From NCBI GenBank assembly GCA_963832955.1, contig CAWHWC010000002.1:71308-135307 (forward strand): DNA of 64,000 nucleotides, read 5' to 3'. Below the pieces are notes generated by a model that was not told the origin of the DNA, did not search any database, and saw only the letters and a program-made list of their open reading frames with translations. This DNA is from an uncultured Actinomycetes bacterium (GTDB lineage: Bacteria; Actinomycetota; Thermoleophilia; Gaiellales; JAICJC01). Each line of letters opens with the position of its first letter. Positions within the stretch are counted from its first letter, which is position 1. The translations under genes were made by a program, and so were the position numbers. This document shows positions 57,791 through 64,000 of the stretch, piece after piece.

Positions 57791-58208
57791 GGCCCTCGGC
57801 GATCCGTGCGAGCAGCTCTGCCGCCTCGCTCAGGACGCGGCGCTCGCGGGCGGTCAGGTCGCGCTCGATGGCATCGGCCAGCCAGCCGTCGCGCCTGCGG
57901 CGGTCCGCGGCGAGCGCGTCCCGGCCGGCGGGTGTGAGCTCGATCAGCGCCCGGCGCCCGTCGCCGGGATCCGGGGCGCGCGACACGAGCCCAGCGCTGA
58001 GAAGCGCCGCCACCGTGCTCGCCATCGACTGCGGCCGGACGCGCTCGCCGGCGGCCAGGTCGCTGACGCCCGCCGGCCCGCCGCGGTCGAGGCGGCCGAG
58101 GACGGTGACCTGGGCGAGCGAGAGGTCGCGCCGCTCGGCGCGCATGCGCCTGATCAGCTGGCCGATGACGACGCGCAGGTCGCCTGCGAGTGCGGTGGGC
58201 TCCGTCAC
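57774..58208 (-). CDS. MarR-family transcriptional regulator
   Basis: LSLAQVTVLGRLDRGGPAGVSDLAAGERVRPQSMASTVAALLSAGLVSRAPDPGDGRRALIELTPAG. Divergent from the MFS gene. Confidence 0.85.
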   Translation of the reverse strand: MTEPTALAGDLRVVIGQLIRRMRAERRDLSLAQVTVLGRLDRGGPAGVSDLAAGERVRPQSMASTVAALLSAGLVSRAPDPGDGRRALIELTPAGRDALAADRRRRDGWLADAIERDLTARERRVLSEAAELLARIAEGREDAR

Positions 58209-58251
58209 GATGTGCAGCCTACCTTAACAGTTTAACTGTAGAGTTTGGGAG

Positions 58252-59950
58252 ATGGACCCGGGACGCTACAAGTGGATCGCGCTCTCGAACACAACGCTCG
58301 GCGTCCTCCTCGCCACCCTCGACGCGTCGATCACGTTGATCGCGATGCCCGACATCTTCCGCGGCATCAAGCTCGACCCGCTCGTGCCGGCGAACAGCTT
58401 CTACCTGCTCTGGATGATCCTCGGCTACCTGGTGGTGTCGAGCGTCCTCATCGTCAGCCTCGGCCGGCTCGGCGACATGTACGGGCGGGTCAAGATCTAC
58501 AACCTCGGCTTCGTCATCTACACGGTGGCGTCGCTCCTCCTCACAATCGACTGGATGACCGGCCGCAGCGGGGCGACCTACCTGATCGTGCTTCGCATCG
58601 TCCAGGGCCTCGGCGGCGCCTGCCTGCTCGCGAACGCGGCGGCGATCATCACCGATGCGTTCCCCGCCAACCAGCGCGGCATGGCGCTCGGCATCAACAA
58701 CATCGTCGGGGTGAGCGGCATGTTCGTGGGGCTCGTGCTGGGCGGCATTCTGGCGCCGATCAACTGGCGGCTCGTGTTCCTCATCTCGGTGCCGGTCGGC
58801 CTCTTCGGGACGGTGTGGGCGTACCTCAAGCTCGAGGAGCGAAGCACCCCGAGGCCGGCGCGGATCGACTGGTGGGGCAACATCACCTTCGCGCTCGGCC
58901 TCGTGCTGGTGATGGTCGCCGTGACCTACGGCATCCGCCCGGCCGGCGGCCACTCGACCGGGTGGACGAGCCCGCGAGTGCTCGCGCTCCTGATCGGCGC
59001 GGTCGTGAGCTTCGTCGTCTTCGCGATCGCGGAGCAGCGCGTCACCGACCCGATGTTCCGGCTGCCGCTCTTTCGCATCCGGGCGTTCACGTTCGGCACG
59101 CTCTCGACGTTCCTCTCGGCCGTGGCCCGCGGCGGCCTGATGTTCATGCTGATCATCTGGCTCCAGGGCATCTGGCTCCCGGAGCACGGCTACAGCTTCG
59201 AGCGGACGCCGCTCTGGGCCGGCATCTACATGTTGCCCCTGACGGTGGGCATGCTCGTGGCGGGCCCGACGTCGGGCTATCTCTCCGACCGCTTCGGCGC
59301 CCGGCCCTTTGCGACCGCCGGCATGCTCGGCCGCCGCCGCGAGCTTCGGCCTCCTGATGCTGCTCCCGACCGACTTCCGGTACCCCGAGTTCGCGCTGAT
59401 CCTGGGGCTGACGGGGATCTCGATGGGCATGTTCGCCTCGCCCAACCGGGCGGGGGTGATGAACAGCCTGCCGGCCGCCGACCGGGGGGCCGGCGGCGGC
59501 ATGAACCAGACCTTCCAGAACTCCGCCCAGGTGCTCTCGATCGGGATCTTCTTCACGCTCATGATCCTCGGCCTGGCCGCGACCCTGCCCGACACGCTCC
59601 TCGGCGGGCTCCAGGCGCACGGGGTGTCCCACGCCACGGCGGAGCAGCTGGCGCACCTGCCCGCCCGTCTCGATCCTGTTCGCGGCGTTCCTCGGGTACA
59701 ACCCGATCCAGCACCTGCTCGGCCCGAGCGCGCTCCACGCGCTCTCCGCCCACGACCAGGCGGCGCTGATCGGGCCGTCGTTCTTCCCGAACCTCATCTC
59801 GGGGCCGTTCCAGGACGGCCTGCACGCAGCGTTCGCCTTCGCGATCGTCGCGTGCCTCGTCGCGGCGGGGGCGTCGCTCATGCGCGGCGGGCCGAGCACG
59901 GTCGGCGAGGCCCGCGGCGGGCATGCGATCGTCCCGGCGCAGCGCCCGTA
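58252..59950 (+). CDS. MFS transporter, DHA2 family, two apparent frameshifts
   Basis: LDASITLIAMPDI and GRLGDMYGRVK motifs. The text continues through ORF 59309.. and a third frame (..PVSILFAAFLGYNPIQHLLG..) to TAG at 59948-59950. Junctions near 59330 and 59665. Confidence 0.82.
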
Positions 59951-59960
59951 GAATCCCGCC

Positions 59961-60398
59961 ATGGCCACCTTCCACGTCGTGGTGCACCGCTCCGGCCCTG
60001 AGTGGAACTCATCCGCGCCGCTCGAGGAGCAGTCCGGCTGGGAGGCGCACGCGGACTTCATGGACGACCTCGTCGACCAGGGGGTCATCGTCCTCGGCGG
60101 GCCGCTCTCCGACGAGCACCGGGTCGTGCACGTGATGGAGGCCGACTCCGAGGAGGAGATCCGCTCGACGCTGGCGCGCGACCCCTGGAGCGAGACGCAC
60201 CTCGTGATCGCAGCGATCGAGCCCTGGACGATCCGGCTCGACGCCCGCCGGCCGGGCGTAGGCCGTCTACAGCGTCCGCTTGAGCGCCCGGATCCGGCGG
60301 TAGGAGGCCTCGAGCTGGGCCCGGCCGATCGCGCCCGCGCGGGCCTCGCTGCACCAGCGACGCGTAGACGCCCTGCGACGTCGCCTCTGACCCCGTGA
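59961..60398 (+). CDS. YciI-like protein; 3' end doubtful
   Basis: MATFHVVVHRSGPEW....PLEEQ.GW.AH..FMD.L...G....GGPL......VHV.EA....EI...LA.DPW... YciI-family members I know are only about 100 aa, and the recognisable similarity ends near 60245. The remaining ORF overlaps the GH3 gene by about 130 nt. Confidence 0.65.
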   Translation: MATFHVVVHRSGPEWNSSAPLEEQSGWEAHADFMDDLVDQGVIVLGGPLSDEHRVVHVMEADSEEEIRSTLARDPWSETHLVIAAIEPWTIRLDARRPGVGRLQRPLERPDPAVGGLELGPADRARAGLAAPATRRRPATSPLTP

Positions 60399-61357
60399 CG
60401 AGGATCAGGTCGGTGCCCGCCCGGGCGGCGCGGATCGCGAGCGGGATGTCGGTGATCCGGCGGGCGTGCGCCGCGCCGTCGAGCGAGTCGGTGATCGTGA
60501 CGCCGTGGAATCCCATGACGCCCGCGCAGGAGCCGGCGTGCCGATCGCAGACGACCACCCGGCGGCGTTCGCGCCGTCGTATGCCGTCGTACACGGCGTT
60601 CGAGAGCATGATCATCGGGACATGGGCCGAGATCGCCGCCCGGTACGGCACGAGGCCAGGGTCGAGCTGCGCCCGCGACGCCGCGATCGCCTCGATGTGG
60701 GAGTCGGTGTTGAGCGTGGCGTAGCCGAGGCCCGGGAAGTGCTTCATCGCCGGGATCACGCCTCCCTGCTCGAGGCCCGTCGCGAAGGCGTTCGCGAGCG
60801 CGCTCGTGGCCGACGCCGAGCCCGACCAGGTGCGGCCGCCCTGGAGCATGAACGACTGCGGCGACGCGGGGACGTCGGCGACCGGAGCGAGGTCCACGTT
60901 CACGCCGAGCGCGATCGAGCGCCCGGCCCGGTGAGCCGGCCCTGGTGCAGCGCCTCTGACGCCGAGCCGTCGGCGCCCATCTGCGCCGGCGACATCGTCG
61001 GCGGCGCCCACGGCACCTGCTTCACCGGCCCGCCCTCCTGGTCGACGGCGATCAGGAGCGGCGGCCGGCCTGCGCCGGCGGCCGCCCCTGAAGCGTCCCG
61101 GCGATCGACCGCAGATGCGCGGCCGACGCGTAGTTCCGCCCGCGGTAGAGGATCACGCCCGCCGACCTGGCCCAGCCGGATCCGTCCCAGGAGCGCGCGC
61201 GTCGGGGACGCGGCCGTCCATCCGCACCACGAGCTTCTGGCCGATCAGGTGCGGAGAGCGGCGGCGGCGCTCCGGCCGCCGTCGGCGGGGCGCCCGGCGA
61301 GAGCAGATGGGCGACGAGCGCGACCAGCGCCGCGAGGGCTCGAAGAGCGGAGATCAC
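60267..61357 (-). pseudogene. Glycoside hydrolase family 3 (NagZ-like beta-N-acetylhexosaminidase), at least four frameshifts
   Basis: Pieces in three frames: MISALRALAALVALVAHLL.. (signal), GGVILYRGRNY, LLIAVDQEGGPV, LGVNVDLAPVADV, KHFPGLG, GFHGVTITDSL, ..SYRRIRALKRTL*. Confidence 0.65.
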
Positions 61358-61366
61358 CTCTCCAGG

Positions 61367-62227
61367 CTACGCCAGGTCTGCGACCGCGCGGCCCGACGCG
61401 GCCAGCGCCGTCACGAAGCGCCGCATGCCGGGATCGTCCGCGGCCGGGAGGAGCGCGACCTCGTAGCCGCCGTCGAGGAGCGCGATCACCTGATCGACGG
61501 CGGCGGCGACCAGCGGATGCGCTGACGTCCGCGGGGAGGCCCGGCGGCGGAAGGGCGATCACGCCCCAGCCCCCGAGGGCCAGCTCGCCCAGACGGTCGC
61601 GAGCACCCGGCGGCGGGTTCACGATCGCGTCCGGCACGACGACGACTCGGCGTGACCGGCCGTCACCCCGCATCCGGCGCGCTCCGTTGCAAGGATCGCG
61701 TCGAGGCTGCGCCAGATCCGGAGCCTCGTCATAGTCGATGAGGTCCTGCCCGATCCCGACGGCGCGGACGTCGAGGAGCACGCCCGAGAGCTGGTCGAGC
61801 AGGGCCTCGGTGAAGAGCCCCGCGCCGAGCGTCACCGGGTAGTCCTCGTCGTTCGGCTTGTCGGGACGGCCGCCCCAGTCATCGCTGGCGGCGGTCAGCT
61901 CGACCCCCATGCTGGGGCTGCCGTCGATCCCGACGATGATCACGCGCGCGCCGTCCGCGAGGTCGGCGCGGATCTGGGCCGCGACGGGCTCGGCCAGCCG
62001 GCGGCAGTGAGCCCGGTAGACGCGGCGTGTCGTACTGCTCGCGCACCGCCCAGAACCGGCGGGTGCCGCCGAAGGCGAGCTCCGGGCACGGCATCTGGCG
62101 GATCGTGCAGCCGTGGTTGCGGAGCAGCGCCAGGACCGGGCGAGTAGACGCCGGCGCAGCGCGCGCCGTCCTCCACCTTCGCGTTGGCGTTCAGCAGGCA
62201 GTGGGCCAGGTAGCAGACCGTCTTCAC
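61367..62227 (-). pseudogene. Cys-rich DUF523/TudS-like N-domain protein with C-terminal extension, frameshifted
   Basis: MKTVCYLAHCLLNANAKV..., RQMPCPELAFGG, and ..VIIVGIDGSPSMGVE.. lie in different frames. The end ..RRFVTALAASGRAVADLA* has TAG at 61367-9. Family call is tentative. Confidence 0.4.
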
Positions 62228-63278
62228 GGCACCAGCACGATCTTTCCGACGTGGCGGCGCTCGTCCATGTAGGCGTGCGCCTCGGCCGCCTCGGCGAGCC
62301 GGAACGTGCGGTCGACGGGCACGGTGATCCGGCCTGCCAGCGCCATCTCAAGCGCCGTTCGGATCTCGTCCGGCGTCGCGACCCGGAAGCCGAGGATCCG
62401 GTGGCCGCGGCGGAAGAGCTCGATGATGTCGAGCGGGACGACCTCGCCGGCGTGCGCGCCGCAGGTGACAAGCCGCCCGTCCGGCGCCATCGCCGCCAGG
62501 TGCTCGGCGAAGCGGGGCCCGCCGGTGGTGTCGACGACGGCGTCGACACCGCGGCCGTCGGTCGCGTCGGCGACGGCGTCGGCGACCGGCGTCTCGAGGT
62601 AGCAGAACACCACGTCGGCGCCGAGCTCGCGCACCGCGTCGACCTTCTCGGGCGCGCCGACCGAGGCGATCACGCGGGCGCCGGCGATCACCGCCGCCTG
62701 CACGGCGGCGCCGGCGACCCCGCCCGAGGCCGACGGCACGAGCACGGTCTCGCCGGGCCGGATCGCCGCGACGCTCGTCACCATCGACCAGGCCGTCGAG
62801 ACGACGCACTGCGCCGCCGCCGCGGTACGAAGTCGTCCTCCCCGCGCAGCGGGATCACCGCCCGCGCCGGCACGGCCACGAGCTCGGCGTAGCCGCCCCA
62901 GCGGTCGGTGCCGAACACGACGAACCGCTCGCACAGGTCGTGGCGCCAGCGGACGCAGGCCGCGCAGCGTCCCGCAGGCGTACTGCTGGTAGGCCGTCAC
63001 CGGGTCGCCGGGCGCGACGCCCTCGACGTCGGCGCCGACCGCGCGCGACCGTGCCGGCGAACTCGGCGCCGAGCACCCACGGCATCGGGAACGGCCAGCG
63101 CGACGTGCCGGCGCGCGAGTCGAGGTCGCTGTGGTTCAGGCCGCACGCGCGCACCTCGATCAGCACCTCGTCGGGCCCGGGCACGCGGGTCGTCGAGCTC
63201 CTCCCAGCGCATCACCTCGGGGCCGCCGTACTCGCGGAACGTGGCGGCGATCACCGTCAGGCGCCTGAACCCCGGCAT
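62224..63278 (-). pseudogene. Zinc-type (MDR) alcohol dehydrogenase / quinone oxidoreductase, at least three frameshifts
   Basis: ..AATFREYGGPEV.., PGPDEVLIEVRACGLNHSDL, VLGAEFAGTV, GDPV, VLVPSASGGVAGAAVQ, ..HVGKIVLVP*, spread over ORFs 62997.., 62855.. and 62224... Confidence 0.68.
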
Positions 63279-64000
63279 GCCGGACGTAGGGGATCGGCTC
63301 GGGCCACGCGTAGGCGCCGACCTTGCTCGTCGTGAGGCCGCAGCGCCACAGCGCGTAGGCGAGCATCGCGCCGAACGCGACGCCGTCGCAGACCGGCACG
63401 CCCGACCTCGCGCCGGACGGCCCGCGCGACGTCCGCCATGCCGCCGCAGGCGAGGATGAGCGCCTCGGCGCCGCGCTCCGTCGACGACGCGCCGGCCGGC
63501 CGCGACGATCGCCGCGGTCGTGTCCGGGATGTGGCCGCCCTGCTCGGCGACCGGGATGTCGAGCGGCCGACGCGCCGCGCACCGGCGAGCGCACGCCGCG
63601 GCGCTCGATCGCGTCCTCGAGGGCGGGGATGCCGCGGCGCAGCGTCGTGATGACCGCGAACCGGCGCGGCGACCATGCCGCGCCGCCGGGAACGCGGCCT
63701 CGCCGATGCCGACGACCGGCGCGGTCGGTCAGCTCGCGCGCGGCGTCCGAGCGCCGGGGTCGCCGAAGCAGGCGATCAGATAGGCGTCGTGCGCCGGGGC
63801 TCGCGACACCATCGCGGCGACCTCGGCCGCCGCGACCACGGCGTCGGCCTCGCTCTCGATCGACGTCGGCCCGCGGTCGGGCGAGACGGCGGTCACCTCG
63901 CACCCGTCCGGCAGCGTGTCGCGGGCGACGCCGGCCATCGCCTCGGTGTGGCGCTGGTCGGTGTTCGGGTTGATGCAGGCCGAGCCGGAAGCATCCGGCG
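63257..64000 (-). pseudogene. Asp/Glu/hydantoin racemase family protein, multiple frameshifts; 5' end outside window
   Basis: ..INPNTDQRHTEAMAG..., AYLIACFGDPGL, IGEAA, and ..VPVCDGVAFGAMLAYALWRCGLTTSKVGAY.. in several frames. The stop position is uncertain. Confidence 0.55.

Overview
Very GC-rich (about 70-75 % by eye) chromosomal segment that looks like Actinomycetota; the taxon is an inference from GC content, GTG/TTG starts, Tat-type signals and protein families. I can support about 65 protein genes, one tRNA-Gly(TCC), a few hairpins or operator-like palindromes, and no rRNA, CRISPR array, IS element or integrase.

Gene content, left to right:
- Secreted cell-envelope enzymes: NlpC/P60, CAP, GH65 and two phosphodiester glycosidases.
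- An ECF sigma factor convergent with a STAS protein.
- A cluster for methylated-amine or betaine-type catabolism: amine oxidase, two GcvT-type modules and a ChoK/APH-like kinase.
- A polyphosphate and ion block: CYTH, CYTH-Ppx/GppA, PPK2, a P-type ATPase, two SulP, two DUF1345 and a K+ channel.
- GGT, then AKR, ALDH and DUF779.
- Transporters and regulators at the right end.

Most unusual feature (about 48.8-53.8 kb): a lower-GC block in which five near-identical 26-bp direct repeats (GGTGCCTGACTCTGCCGGTATAACCA), all on the + strand, separate single short accessory genes. These are GNAT, P-loop kinase, Imm26-like, VOC/glyoxalase and LRR, plus decayed NTF2 and K-channel remnants. The layout resembles an integron cassette array, but the repeats lack attC R/L boxes and dif-like symmetry, and no recombinase gene lies in the window.

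Main caveat: at least 25 apparent frameshifts interrupt otherwise recognisable genes. They are often next to G/C homopolymers and are densest after 60 kb. Sequencing or assembly indels cannot be told apart from real pseudogenes here. All family calls come from motifs recognised by eye; no database search was run.
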